A DNA stretch of 60,560 nucleotides from an uncultured delta proteobacterium (GTDB lineage: Bacteria > Bdellovibrionota_C > UBA2361 > OMII01). Of this stretch, positions 25,865 to 36,900 are shown piece by piece. Where the stretch lies: NCBI GenBank assembly GCA_903920005.1, contig CAIXKI010000169.1, forward strand, positions 1 to 60,560, read 5' to 3'. The translations under genes were made by a program, and so were the position numbers. Numbering within the stretch: the stretch's first letter is position 1; each line of letters opens with the position of its first letter. Below the pieces are notes generated by a model. It had not been told where the DNA came from, ran no database searches, and worked only from the letters and a program-made list of their open reading frames with translations.

Positions 25865-25884
25865 GGCCGGCGGCCCCGCCGGCC
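25865..25884. terminator. GC-rich hairpin between convergent genes; member of a REP-like repeat
   Basis: ggccggcgg / ccgccggcc arms. tggagggccggcggccNcgccggc recurs at 60527-60549. Confidence 0.5.
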
Positions 25885-25907
25885 GCGACTGTTCGTTGGC
25901 GCCCCCT

Positions 25908-27857
25908 TTACGGTGCAATTTTTAGAGCCACGCCGAGTCGTCGTCTATCTTCGCCGATCTGTCGTGATTCTGGTGAGTGGACCTGCGACACGGTGAGCGT
26001 CCCCGTCAGGGTATTGGGCGGGATGGTTACATCGAGCTGTTCCCATGCTCCTGGTTCGGAAAGCTCTAGTGTCGCGAGCTGTGTGCCGCTTGATGAGGAT
26101 ATCTTCACCAATTGGTTTTGCCACGGGCTCATTACCGAAAGCTTGATCGTTGTTGGCGCGGTCAGCGAAGTCCTAAAGATCTTGAGCTTGGTGATTCGAC
26201 TGTTAATCCAGCAATGCCCCTCGCGAGAGTCCTCGCACGGTAGGACGTGCGAGTCTCTGTTTAAGATTATTTCGAGTTCTGAAGGGGATGTCGCAGCGAC
26301 TGTCGTAAGAGCTTCTGGAACGACTTTTAGCACCGTGATTGCGGGAGAATGTGGTACTCGCTGTTGCCCCACCTCTCCCGACAGTGAGATGTTTTGAGTT
26401 AGAAAAGAGGGCATCGGATTAGGAATAAGATAGGAAGGGATGGCGATGTAGTCGTACCCTGATTGAATCAGATTCGCGAACGATTGCTTTGTGGGGTCGA
26501 AGGCATCCACTCCGGGTAGTGAAAACAACTCGGGGCGTACTTGAAGTGCCCCAGCGATCGCCACATCGTTCTGTATAGGCCGTACATCGCGTATCCACGA
26601 CGCAAGGGATTCTCGAGAGTCCACGCGTACCGCCTCGCTCACAAGAGCGGAGGACCTTTGGACCTCTGGAGCGATGGTCCCCGCAAAAAGGCCCGAGATA
26701 ATAAAAGATGCCAGGAGGTTTCTTGCCCGCGACCGTGCCGCGTCCTTCCTGATCAGTATCGAACATATAGCCGCGAAGGCGTATCCCGCCGCGATAGCGA
26801 CGTACGGCACGATGACGACCATGTTCCTGGTGAAGTTGGCTTTTTGAAATACCATCAGAGTCGTGTAGAGGAATGGAAAAATGAGAAAGACGATCGCTTG
26901 AGGTGAGCGGGAGCTTAAGAGAAAGCTAACGCCGAGCGCCGCTAGTATCGTACCGAGTAAGCCCACCCCGTCAGTAGTGAGCCAGGAGAGATAAAAGAGC
27001 GCTTGCGCTATGCCTGGCTGAGCGGTGTGTCCCTCGTGGCCAGCCACGCCGTAGTGCCACACCTCATATGAGAGCCCGGACCAAAATTCTTTTGGTGTTA
27101 TCGCCGCATAGGGACAGCCGAGGAGGAATCCGACGAGCGGAAGAACTCCGCACAGAGCGAGCCCTTTGAGAGAACGGTCTTTAAGGATCCACACCGCAAG
27201 CGGAACGAACGCGATCGGAAGGGCGTTGTATTTTGACGCACCAGCGAGACCGGCGCACAGCCCGCTGAGAATCAATTTTCGATAGGTGAAGGAGCGCGCG
27301 GCGCTCATGGCGAACAGGGTGCTCAGGACGCAGAAAAGCGCCATTATGATATCTACGCCTATGATGTGGGAGTTCGCGAGAAATTCGGGCGAGAATGCCG
27401 TAAGGAGCCCGGTGAGAAATATGCCCATCTTGCTCGCGCCCAGTTTCCACGCCATGAGGGACGCTATCAACACGATTGCAAGGCTTGCCGCCGCGCTTAA
27501 GGCTCGGTTCCATCGCAGGACGGCTGGGTGCGATGTTGTGTAGGCGTATCCAGCCAGCCCATAGGGATCTCGTGTGCGAATGTCTTGAACGCTCCGCATC
27601 CGTCCACGAAGTTTTTCGAACGCTACGCTCGCCGCTACGACAGGTAGTCTGAGATAAAAGTGCAGCGATGGTTTGTTGAAGTAGTAGGGATTGGGATCGC
27701 CGCGCTTCGCCATCTCTACGGTTCGGTTGAAGTGGTGGGCGTCATCCTCGTGGTAGAAGTAGGTGTCTGTTGAGAGCACGAGGGGGACGCGAGGCACTAA
27801 TGCTAGAACCAAGATTTGGCAAAGTACTAGGAGTAGTGCTCGCTTCGCTTCCCTCAT
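25908..27857 (-). CDS. GT-C glycosyltransferase, family 39 / ArnT-PMT-like
   Basis: 649 aa with more than 10 TM helices. The first loop DTYFYHEDDAHHFNRT carries the acidic motif. Large C-terminal soluble domain. Confidence 0.7.
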   Translation of the reverse strand: MREAKRALLLVLCQILVLALVPRVPLVLSTDTYFYHEDDAHHFNRTVEMAKRGDPNPYYFNKPSLHFYLRLPVVAASVAFEKLRGRMRSVQDIRTRDPYGLAGYAYTTSHPAVLRWNRALSAAASLAIVLIASLMAWKLGASKMGIFLTGLLTAFSPEFLANSHIIGVDIIMALFCVLSTLFAMSAARSFTYRKLILSGLCAGLAGASKYNALPIAFVPLAVWILKDRSLKGLALCGVLPLVGFLLGCPYAAITPKEFWSGLSYEVWHYGVAGHEGHTAQPGIAQALFYLSWLTTDGVGLLGTILAALGVSFLLSSRSPQAIVFLIFPFLYTTLMVFQKANFTRNMVVIVPYVAIAAGYAFAAICSILIRKDAARSRARNLLASFIISGLFAGTIAPEVQRSSALVSEAVRVDSRESLASWIRDVRPIQNDVAIAGALQVRPELFSLPGVDAFDPTKQSFANLIQSGYDYIAIPSYLIPNPMPSFLTQNISLSGEVGQQRVPHSPAITVLKVVPEALTTVAATSPSELEIILNRDSHVLPCEDSREGHCWINSRITKLKIFRTSLTAPTTIKLSVMSPWQNQLVKISSSSGTQLATLELSEPGAWEQLDVTIPPNTLTGTLTVSQVHSPESRQIGEDRRRLGVALKIAP

Positions 27858-27878
27858 GCGTTCGCGCTCTTGCGGAGG

Positions 27879-28529
27879 TTACACCGATTGGAAAATCTTA
27901 GCTCGGGAGTAGCGCACCTTTTTAAAAGCTGAGGACTGATCATTTGGTGACCGATAGCCAAGCGCGCACGCTACTTTCGCGGAATATCCCTGCTCCGGAA
28001 GGTTCAAGAGCTCGTTGTACTTAGTAGCGTCGATGCCCTCAAGGGGGCACGTGTCGATGCCGAGCATTGAGGCGGTCGAAAGGAGCATTCCGAGCGCAAG
28101 ATACACTTGGTGAGTCGCCCACGCTTCGCATGTCCCGTTCGAGGCGAGCGCGTCGAGGAACCCCTTCATCATTCCGCTATAGTCCGAAAGCGCTGATGTC
28201 GGTACTCCGCGCACTTCAGAGATGTAGTCGATGAATGAGTCAACATCCGATGGACCTACAGATTTTTGAGCCGCGAGTACTATCAGGTGAGAAGCCTCAA
28301 CGATCTGTGGTTGATTCCATGAATGCGGCCGAAGAGCCTCTCGGGTCGTCTTGTCTGTTACTACCACGAACTTCCAAGGCTGAAGACCGAACGAAGATGG
28401 AGCGAGCCGAAGGGACTCCTCAAGGGTGTTCCAATCCTCTGTGGATATCGCGCGGGAGGGGTCGAAGCGCTTTGTCGCGTAGCGCCATAATAGTTGTTTT
28501 TCGAGGAGCTTGTTCATTTCAGTATTCAT
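27879..28529 (-). CDS. Oxygen-insensitive NAD(P)H nitroreductase (NfsB-like)
   Basis: 216 aa. RYATKRFD, LAPSSFGLQPWKF and IDTCPLEGID are family blocks. Confidence 0.8.
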   Translation of the reverse strand: MNTEMNKLLEKQLLWRYATKRFDPSRAISTEDWNTLEESLRLAPSSFGLQPWKFVVVTDKTTREALRPHSWNQPQIVEASHLIVLAAQKSVGPSDVDSFIDYISEVRGVPTSALSDYSGMMKGFLDALASNGTCEAWATHQVYLALGMLLSTASMLGIDTCPLEGIDATKYNELLNLPEQGYSAKVACALGYRSPNDQSSAFKKVRYSRAKIFQSV

Positions 28530-28570
28530 AGGGATTCCTTTTGATAGTGGTGGCGAGATTCTTACACGAA

Positions 28571-29434
28571 TTACTCGGCGTGGGACAGGACTATGAGAGA
28601 TCCGGCGGGGAGGAGACGTTCCGTTGACTCCTCCTTGAGAGATAGAGGCTTAATCTCGATCTCTACTCCTCGGTCATTGTAGGTATCCAGGGCGATGTTT
28701 CGCACCACATCGGAGGTGCTCGCCGTTGAGTGGTTCGTAAAGAATACGCAGCCGGCTTTTGGCGAGAGAATGCTCAACGTGAGGTTCATAATGTCTGGGG
28801 CTTTCTCTTCAAGGGTCCAGGAGTTTGTCTTGGTAACACGACTAAAAGACGGCGGGTCTATGATGACCACATCATAGAAGCTCTCTTTTCTTTGCTCGCG
28901 GGCCATAAATCCGAGCGCGTCATCAACTATCCATCGAATCCTATCGTTCGGAATGTTGTTTAGGGATGCGTTGTGTTTTGCTCGCTCAATAGCTCGCTTG
29001 GCGAGGTCGACGTGCGTGACGGTAACATTTGGCATCTTGGCGCAGAACGCGGTTGCCAGCCCTGTGTAGGCAAAGAGGTTTAGGACGCGAATGGGTCGAG
29101 CGCCGTTGTTTCCGAGTCGCGCAATATGGTCGCGCACTAGGGGAAGATAGAGAGCGTGTTCAGGGAATATCCCGAGTTGTCCGTTAGACATGAGCTCTAG
29201 TTCGATCGTGACTCCCTCGATCTCGACGGCCCACGTGGTAAAGCGGGTATCCGAGAACGCCCAGCGGTCTGGGGGTGAGTATGTCGCGTGAGCGTCTTCC
29301 CACGTGTGCCCCCTCTTTCGACGGGCCCATGCGCTCAAAGACGATGGACGGTCGATCACCTTTGAGCCATAGCGCTCAAGCTTTCTTCCCTCTCCTGAGT
29401 CTACGAGGGTGTATCCCTTTATCTGTGCTGTCAT
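28571..29434 (-). CDS. Class I SAM-dependent methyltransferase (RlmI-like catalytic domain)
   Basis: VLNLFAYTGLATAFCA, VTHVDLAKRAIE and YDVVIIDPPSF. I prefer the ATG at 29434 over the track start at 29548. Confidence 0.75.
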   Translation of the reverse strand: MTAQIKGYTLVDSGEGRKLERYGSKVIDRPSSLSAWARRKRGHTWEDAHATYSPPDRWAFSDTRFTTWAVEIEGVTIELELMSNGQLGIFPEHALYLPLVRDHIARLGNNGARPIRVLNLFAYTGLATAFCAKMPNVTVTHVDLAKRAIERAKHNASLNNIPNDRIRWIVDDALGFMAREQRKESFYDVVIIDPPSFSRVTKTNSWTLEEKAPDIMNLTLSILSPKAGCVFFTNHSTASTSDVVRNIALDTYNDRGVEIEIKPLSLKEESTERLLPAGSLIVLSHAE

Positions 29435-29744
29435 GGTGCGAAGTATTGCACGGGCTCGGCTCTTATTCGACTGGAGGGGCGTAAAATAAGTCGACGCAAT
29501 GGCATAGGATTGTGGGACCTGGAATTCTATAAACCACTGAAATGACAATAGAAAGCGGTGTCATGGACGGGCTCATAAGGCTTCGCGCCGACGGCTGCTT
29601 GGAAAATCAAACGACTCTTAAAAAAGTGCTTTTGAAAAAACGAAGGGCTGTCGATTGCTTTCTTACAGGCAGTAGAGAAGTTGCGCAGTACCAGAAGTAA
29701 AAACGTAGTTGGTAGTACTGAAGTAGCAGTACAAGGAGTTTGCA

Positions 29745-30011
29745 GTGACAAATCGTAGCAAGATAGACGAAGTGCAGTTTTACCTCGATCGTAGTCAAGA
29801 TTCTTTACTCGCGGTGCTTCGCAGCATCGTCGGGAATCCCCGCTTACAAGGTGACGAGCGTCTTAACGCACTCAAGATGATGGGAGACTTTCATCATGAG
29901 GTTGCCAATTTCATCTGGCAGAAGATCTGCGAAGGTGAGAACAGGGGGTATGCCCTTGCGAGTGACGCAGTCGCGGCTGAACGACAGACAGAGACGCACG
30001 AAAATCTGTAA
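29745..30011 (+). CDS. Hypothetical 88-aa protein
   Basis: AAGGAG lies 6 nt before the GTG start. Confidence 0.45.
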   Translation: MTNRSKIDEVQFYLDRSQDSLLAVLRSIVGNPRLQGDERLNALKMMGDFHHEVANFIWQKICEGENRGYALASDAVAAERQTETHENL

Positions 30012-30017
30012 GTGACG

Positions 30018-30857
30018 CTAGTTCGCTTGTAAGGGACCGGAGGTTTCTTCGAATTGTTCGAAGCTCTCGGGGTTTATCCCGCGATGGATAACCTTAAAGC
30101 GAAAAACGTCGCGAAACATACAGAGCGAATCCACGACCAAGTTCACCTTGGAGCCTGGTACGTTCGTCCAATTTATTGGCACCTCTTTCACGGCCAGCTT
30201 GGCTTTGTGTGCCATATACAGTAGCTCCACGTCGAAGCTAAACCTATCCGCACGCTGCCTCTTAAAGAGGAACAGCGCCGCTTTGCGCGTAAACATCTTA
30301 AACCCGCATTGAGTATCCGCGATACTTGGGAGCAGGAGCATATTCACGCATTTATTAAAGATCCTGCCTAATGCTCGGCGATGAATCGAGGTGGTAACCT
30401 TTGTCTCGGTCGACGCGAGCGCGCGCGACCCTATCGCGATATCTCCATCCGTCGCAAGCGCCTTCTCGAGCCGCCCGAACTCCTGAATTGGTGTTGCTCC
30501 GTCCGCGTCCGCAAAGAGTACTTTCGCCCCTCTACTGTTAAGTACGCCGAGACGAACCGCATGCCCTTTGCCGTAATTTTTGGGGAGCTGAATTAAGCGT
30601 ACTTGGTGACGAACGCGCTCAAATTTGCGAACGACTTCGGCGGTTCCGTCTTTGCTTCCGTCGTCGATTACTATGATTTCATAGGAGAGCCCCCGGCGAT
30701 CAAAGTAATCGATCGCGTCGATAAGGGTAGGGGGCAATCTTCGCTCCTCGTTGTACGCCGGTACGACGATGCTGATCTCTATCGGCTCAGAGGTGACCGG
30801 CTGTTGGCCTATCCAGGTATCTATATGCTCAGGGTTGCGCGGAGTTTCAGGGGTCAT
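30018..30857 (-). CDS. Family 2 glycosyltransferase (polyprenyl-phosphate sugar transferase type)
   Basis: ISIVVPAYNEERRLPPTL, IIVIDDGSKDGT and FADADGA. Confidence 0.85.
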   Translation of the reverse strand: MTPETPRNPEHIDTWIGQQPVTSEPIEISIVVPAYNEERRLPPTLIDAIDYFDRRGLSYEIIVIDDGSKDGTAEVVRKFERVRHQVRLIQLPKNYGKGHAVRLGVLNSRGAKVLFADADGATPIQEFGRLEKALATDGDIAIGSRALASTETKVTTSIHRRALGRIFNKCVNMLLLPSIADTQCGFKMFTRKAALFLFKRQRADRFSFDVELLYMAHKAKLAVKEVPINWTNVPGSKVNLVVDSLCMFRDVFRFKVIHRGINPESFEQFEETSGPLQAN

Positions 30858-31060
30858 ATACGGTCAGGAACAGGTTGCTGTGAAATCATATACTAATACG
30901 AGAGCGGTCGATACCCCGCAAGGATTGGCGGCGCCGGATGGGCAGGCCCCGTGGTTCAAAGGGTGCTGATTGGTAGGCGCCCCTTTAGGGCTGCGCCAAC
31001 TGACTGAAGATTGGTATAAAATGTGGATTGAAACCTCTTTTTAGCGGGTCGAAGGACGTA

Positions 31061-32404
31061 ATGCGTTTGCAGGGAATGGTTGGCCAGACATTTTTCGCGC
31101 TGTGTTGGGTGGTTGCTCTCGTCGCCCAGAGCGCCTCTTTGGTTGAGGCCCAGAGCGAACAGAGGATTGATGAGGCAGCCCTGCGGCTTTCCCTTCACGA
31201 GTCTCTTGCTCAGGAGGATGGAGGGAATAGCGATCAACCGGAGGCGCTTGATCCGGACGTCATCGATGAGCAGGTAGCGCGAGTAAGGGAAGGCGACATT
31301 TCCGTTAGGCGATGGATAGAGGATGCGCTTTCGAGGAATCTGCGGTGGATCGACCCTATATGGGGCGGAGCGTATCGGCCGATCGGTGGAAAAGATCTTG
31401 AGGCATCGACATACGAAAAGACTCTCGAACTTCAGGCTGCCTATATTCGCGTATATTCGAATGCGTCTATCCTTTTTCAGAATAACCGATATCGCGATGT
31501 GGCTGTTCGGATAGCTGAATATGCTCTTAGAACGCTTGGCGCGAGCGACGGACATTTCTTTAACAAGCAAACTGGAGCGGTTGGCCCCCGAATGACCGTC
31601 GCGGAATACTTCACCCTTCGGGAGGTGCAACGGCAGAATTACGCGATGCCTGTGTTAGATAGCGACGCGTCCGTGCGAGCAAATGCTCTCATGGTGCAGG
31701 CGTTATGTGATCTCTACACTAGCTCGCTTGACCCACGATTTCTCGACTCAGCAAAAAATGCGATGAAATGGCTGATGACGCGGCACCCTCTCAACACTCG
31801 AGAGCGCTCACTAGTCGGCGGGGCGGTGTATAACGAAACGGAGATAGTTGCGGCGATGCTCTCGATCTATTCAGTGACCGCGGATCGAAGCTGGCTCGAT
31901 GGCGCTCTTGCTCGATTGCTTGTCGTCGCCAGGGGGGCGAAAATTGGAGCCATTGATCCCTCCACGATCGGGAGAGACGTTCGCGTCGTACGAATTGTAA
32001 ATCTCGCCTCTCATTACTCAGGACGGAAGGATCTGCGAGAGTTCGCTGAAAAGTTGAGTGGTCAAATCCAAGCAGCGTCCGGTGCGAAGCATAGCGACGC
32101 TACTGCTGCTATCCTCCTGATGCTTCAAGAGCTTCGGCGTGAGCCGGCGCACATCACCGTTGTTGGAGCAAAAGATGATGGGTCGGCTAGGGCGTTGTGG
32201 CTTCGTTCTTTGAGGCTAGGAGTGCCCTACAGTAGGCGGGAGTGGTTAGATCGTCGTGAGGGGCCGTTGCTCAATTCTGATACGCAGTTCCCCCAATTGC
32301 CAAAGCCCGCGGCCTTCCTATGTGTATATAAGCGATGCTCTTTGCCCCTCTTTACGGATGCTGAGCTAAGCGAGAGAATCGAAGCGACATTTCCCCATTT
32401 ATAG
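31061..32404 (+). CDS. Secreted protein, possibly YyaL/N-acylglucosamine-epimerase-like (alpha/alpha)6 fold (tentative)
   Basis: GAAGGA ribosome-binding site. Signal peptide MRLQGMVGQTFFALCWVVALVAQSASLVEA. DPIWGGAY and helical-repeat character. The CDS is solid but the function call is weak. Confidence 0.55.
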   Translation: MRLQGMVGQTFFALCWVVALVAQSASLVEAQSEQRIDEAALRLSLHESLAQEDGGNSDQPEALDPDVIDEQVARVREGDISVRRWIEDALSRNLRWIDPIWGGAYRPIGGKDLEASTYEKTLELQAAYIRVYSNASILFQNNRYRDVAVRIAEYALRTLGASDGHFFNKQTGAVGPRMTVAEYFTLREVQRQNYAMPVLDSDASVRANALMVQALCDLYTSSLDPRFLDSAKNAMKWLMTRHPLNTRERSLVGGAVYNETEIVAAMLSIYSVTADRSWLDGALARLLVVARGAKIGAIDPSTIGRDVRVVRIVNLASHYSGRKDLREFAEKLSGQIQAASGAKHSDATAAILLMLQELRREPAHITVVGAKDDGSARALWLRSLRLGVPYSRREWLDRREGPLLNSDTQFPQLPKPAAFLCVYKRCSLPLFTDAELSERIEATFPHL

Positions 32405-32412
32405 GCGGTCCG

Positions 32413-32934
32413 ATGCGTGTTGTAAGCTCTGAAATTCTGTACCAAGGTAAGTTGCGAGCGGTGAGAGACACCGTTGAGTATCCGAACGGCTCTTGTCACG
32501 CGCATGAGACTATTGAGCATCCTGGTGCTGTAGTCATACTTCCAATTACAGCGAGCGGGTCAGTGGTTTTTGTTGAGCAGTATCGTCATTCGATTCGTCA
32601 GTCGCTGCTAGAGCTTCCGGCGGGTACCCTTGAAAAGGGTGAGGACCCGGCTGTTTGTGCCTTTCGTGAGCTTACGGAGGAGATCGGTATGGCTCCTGGT
32701 AGCCTTGTCGCGCTTGGAACTCTCTTTCCAGCACCTGGATTTTGCGACGAAATTCAATATCTCTTCTGTGCCAAGGACCTTCGGGAAGAAAAAGCGACGC
32801 CGGACGAGGATGAATTCATAACAATAGTAGAGCTCGATCGTGCGCAGCTTGATGAGGCCATAACTTCCGGAAAGTTAATGGACGCGAAATCTTTAGCTTT
32901 GATTCTTCGAGCGCGGCTCGGGGGGCTTTTGTAG
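32413..32934 (+). CDS. NUDIX hydrolase (ADP-ribose pyrophosphatase-like)
   Basis: Nudix box GTLEKGEDPAVCAFRELTEEIGM. Confidence 0.85.
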   Translation: MRVVSSEILYQGKLRAVRDTVEYPNGSCHAHETIEHPGAVVILPITASGSVVFVEQYRHSIRQSLLELPAGTLEKGEDPAVCAFRELTEEIGMAPGSLVALGTLFPAPGFCDEIQYLFCAKDLREEKATPDEDEFITIVELDRAQLDEAITSGKLMDAKSLALILRARLGGLL

Positions 32935-32942
32935 GAGGCTCA

Positions 32943-33917
32943 ATGGTTTCAATTCTTGGTGGTTCAAAAAAAGCGATAGGGGTCTTTGGCGGCGGGCTCG
33001 TCGTCTTCTGTTCGTTTCTCCTGATGTGGTCAGCTGTGTCGAAGGAGGTTGTGACGGAAGACACGGTGTCTCAGGCGGCGGCAAAAGCGATCGATATTGA
33101 TACGTCTAAGCCGGACCCGACCGATAACGGGAAATTGGTAGTTGCCGCGGGAGAGCTTCAATCCTTTGAACGGTTAGAGGATGAATACCTAAAGCCCGGG
33201 CCGTATCTCGTGCTTTCTCGGCGTGTGGAGATGTTTCAGTGGAGTGAGACGTTGGACCGTGAGGGGGGAGCGCCCACCTACGCTATGGGTTGGTATGATG
33301 GCCAGAAAGATTTTTTCTCGTTCGCGACGCCGGAGGGGCATGAGAATCCCTTGATGCAAGTGAAGCCAGAGACTCGCAAGGTGAGCCAGGTGTCTTTTGG
33401 GCGCTTCGATGGCGCGCAGGTCGTTGGTCACGTAACGAAGTTACGACCGCTAGCACTTACTCCCGAGCTCCTCAAGGAACCGACGCAGGAGATCGTGGAC
33501 AATAAGATCATTATTCGTCGTAACGGAGTTGGAATAAGCCCAGCGCTCGGGGATATTCGAATCTCCTACGAAGTACTTTCGAGAGGTCCCTATACCGTTA
33601 TGGCCGTTCAGGAGGATGAACGGTCACTCCTAAGCGCCTCGCCTCGCTCCGTGCTCGTCATTCAAGAAGGGCTTTTAACAACCGATGATTTCTTAAAGGG
33701 AGTTAAGCGAGAATCTGACGAGTCCTCTCAAGGAGCGCTCTTTATGGGAGGCGGTTTGCTGTTCTTTGGGCTCGTCTCGCTACTCGCTCCCCTGAGGAGC
33801 AAGCTCGATTTGCGTCCTCATATGAATGTTCAAGGCTCGCTTGCGGTGCTTGTCGTAAGCGCAGGGTTTTCGGTATTCGTTATGTTGGCGTTTACGATAC
33901 TTGGATTTCTTCAGTAG
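32943..33917 (+). CDS. TMEM43 / DUF1625 family membrane protein
   Basis: N-terminal TM helix, VEMFQWSE motif and C-terminal TM helices. 324 aa. Confidence 0.6.
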   Translation: MVSILGGSKKAIGVFGGGLVVFCSFLLMWSAVSKEVVTEDTVSQAAAKAIDIDTSKPDPTDNGKLVVAAGELQSFERLEDEYLKPGPYLVLSRRVEMFQWSETLDREGGAPTYAMGWYDGQKDFFSFATPEGHENPLMQVKPETRKVSQVSFGRFDGAQVVGHVTKLRPLALTPELLKEPTQEIVDNKIIIRRNGVGISPALGDIRISYEVLSRGPYTVMAVQEDERSLLSASPRSVLVIQEGLLTTDDFLKGVKRESDESSQGALFMGGGLLFFGLVSLLAPLRSKLDLRPHMNVQGSLAVLVVSAGFSVFVMLAFTILGFLQ

Positions 33918-33995
33918 GAGAGAGGTGGCGGAAATCTCCTCTCTCGGCGGAATTAATGGAAGGAGGAAATGGAAGGGGCTGTGCCGTAAGAACTC

Positions 33996-36900
33996 TCACC
34001 CGCCTTTTGACTCCTGCTCCCCAGGCTGTTGTCGCACGATAGGAACCAACGTGACGCCGCTCTGCTTCCCATCGGCCAAACCGATGTCGTAATTCTCTAT
34101 TGCTTTGCCCTCTTCAAAGCCGAATCTCCGGTACCACCCCCGCACAGGGTTATCTGCGGTCACCAAGCCCCACACCACTTTATCGCTTCCCTCAAAGTTG
34201 AGCGTCTCTCGAAGAAGGATCCCTCCGAGACCGAAGCTATCAACGGTCGGACTCAGGTTCAGGGATCCAAAGTAGGCACGGTCCGACCCATCATCAACGA
34301 AGCGAACGAATCCTTCGATGGTATCGTTTATTTTGAGAAGCCAGAAGCGGGTCCTTGGGTCTCCGAGAGCGGTTGTAAAGGCTTTGAGCGCGTACGCGTT
34401 AAACTGCGGGGAATATATCTCCACGCCGTTATACTCCTGCATAGTGGCCATGCGCTCTCGATCCTCCTGATTGAGGGAGTCTACCGAGACCTGACAGATG
34501 CTTATCTCTCCAATCTTGCTGGGGTCTATGGCGTGGCTACTCACGGCGGCTTTGAAGATCGCCGCGAATACAACGGATTCTCCCTCAACCTGGCGAGCTA
34601 GCTCGACGAAGGGTGTGTCAACTCCCTGGGTGTCGCCCTGTCGATCTCTAAGCATCTTCTCCCAATCGATCAACAAACTATTCGCGCGCTCAAGGGTCTG
34701 TCTCTCCACTTGTCGAAGGAGCGCCGCCTCTTCTGGTGGCGGAAGATTGAGCTTCACGACGTCAAGCTTTGCTGAGGTCGCCGCGTCAACGATACGGAGG
34801 AAGCCCTGTAACGTCGTCTGAAGAGCCTCTTTCGGTAACATAACCGCCAACCCGAGGAGAGCCATCGCTGCCTTCTCATTCTGTGCATATGCGATCATTG
34901 AACGGGCAATCAAGGGAGCTATCTCCTGGTGCTTCGCCAGCCCCTCTCGCAAGAAACCTAAGGTCAAATCGTCGGAGTTTGAGAGGAATCGGAGAAGGTG
35001 GATCTGGCTCGCTCGCGGAATCGTGTTGAGGTCGGTGCAAAGATTGCGCTCGATGATAGTCCTCACCTCCGGATCATCTAGACACTTCATCACCTCTTTG
35101 AATTTCTTCTGATCTCGTCGTTGAAGCACGAGTCCACGAAGCTGCTCTTGAAAATCTGGATCAGCTCTGAACGTCGCCAGAATAGACCTCTTTATATCGA
35201 CCTCGCTGGGTGTCGCGAGACCCTCCCATGGATCCTCACCGCGAGGGGTGCCCCACGATCTTTCCGGATCTGCTCGGAGAAGGCTCTCTCGTTCCCACCA
35301 ACCGATTGGAGGCAGTCCCAGGGATCTAAGATCCGAGCTACCAGGAGGTGTTTCAATGCTCTCAGGACGTGTTTCAATGAAGGCGTCCTGATAATGCGCG
35401 TAAAAATCCCTGACCAAAGATTCAAATTTAGGATCTCCCAACGCCTCGCGGAGATCGTACTCCGTAACATCTACCGGTATCGATGTGAAGGGAAAGAGAC
35501 TCGGATCGGTCGCCATCAGGTCGTAGGAGTGAACGTCAAGCATCTGAAGGCGTGACGATACGTTACCTTCCAGGCGTCGCAACGCAGCCATGGTCGAGTC
35601 GCGCAGCTCCTGCCATGTTTGATCGTTAAGGTGCTCAAATAGAGACGCGGCACGCTCCATGACAGCACGAGAGGTCACGCCCTCGTGATGCGATACCGAT
35701 TCTTTGATGCTCTCCTCGCTATCCTCATACCCGGCTTGGAGGCCGCGCAGGCGCTCTTTAAGGTCAGGGGGGAATTCTCCTTCCGGCGCTACCTCTATAC
35801 CTTTGACGATCTCAACCATAAGGGCAGCTTTACGCGTAACTTCACTCTCAAGGGAAAATTGCTCAAGTAGCGAACTGACCCATTCCCGTCCCTGCCTGTT
35901 CCACGTCTTCGTTCTATCTTCCCAACCGGGAGGAGATGTATTCAGAAGAGCGGCAGAGTCGGCGGCGGAGTCCGACGGATCTTTGAAATTCACCTTTTCA
36001 TCAGGGCGAAACACCTCCTTACGGCCGAGCGAGGCATGCCATTTCTCCTCCTGTGGGGAAAAGCGGTTCATCGGCAGCTCCTGCGGCGGCACATAGTCCC
36101 ACCACAACCTTCTCTCGCTTACAATCCTCTGCAACTCCCCTTGCAAGTCCTGTTCGAAGCGATCGAGCTTTCTGGCCCATACGGCGTGCATATCTTTGAG
36201 CGCGGAGATCCTCTCAAAGGTTATCGAATCAAGCCGCGCATCCCACTCATTTAAAAAAGTCTTGAGCTCCGGAAGTGTGTCGATACTAGGGCACAGGCGG
36301 CTCCACATCGCGACGGCCTGCGGAAGAAGCTCCTCACTACTCCCAACGCCGTCGAGTACGTCTCGAGCGAGTGCCCTCATGACCCTCTCGTGCACCCCCA
36401 ATACCCAAGCGGCTTTGTCCTGTGATGTCGCCCGATCGGGTGGCGCCCATTCAAGAAGGTCCCTTGCTACGCCTTTTGAGAAAGAGGTTTTGGGCGAATC
36501 ATCCCTTCGGGGCGCCGTGGCATATCCCAATGGACGGAGGGTGCCTCCCTCGCATACCAGAACGGAGTCGCTACTCACCCGTCGAAGAACGGTCGCCACC
36601 CCATAGGAGTCGGGGATCGCGTAACATCTCCCCAGTAGCTCCATGTCGGCGCTAACCTGAGCGGACATGCTCTGTCGAACACTACCAAGCGCGACGAGCT
36701 CCCCCGGTTCATGAATCGTTCGAACGATCTGAGAGGCCTGCTGCACCGACACTGTGACACCCTGCAGTATCATCTGCACGATCGGTCGCTTCTCGTGGAG
36801 GATCATCGCCCGTAGAGCAGCACAGATAACGTGAGCTGACCACGAGCCCTCATTACGAGAGACAGCGCTCTTCGCAAGGTCTCCTCGCTCAAGCGCGTCG

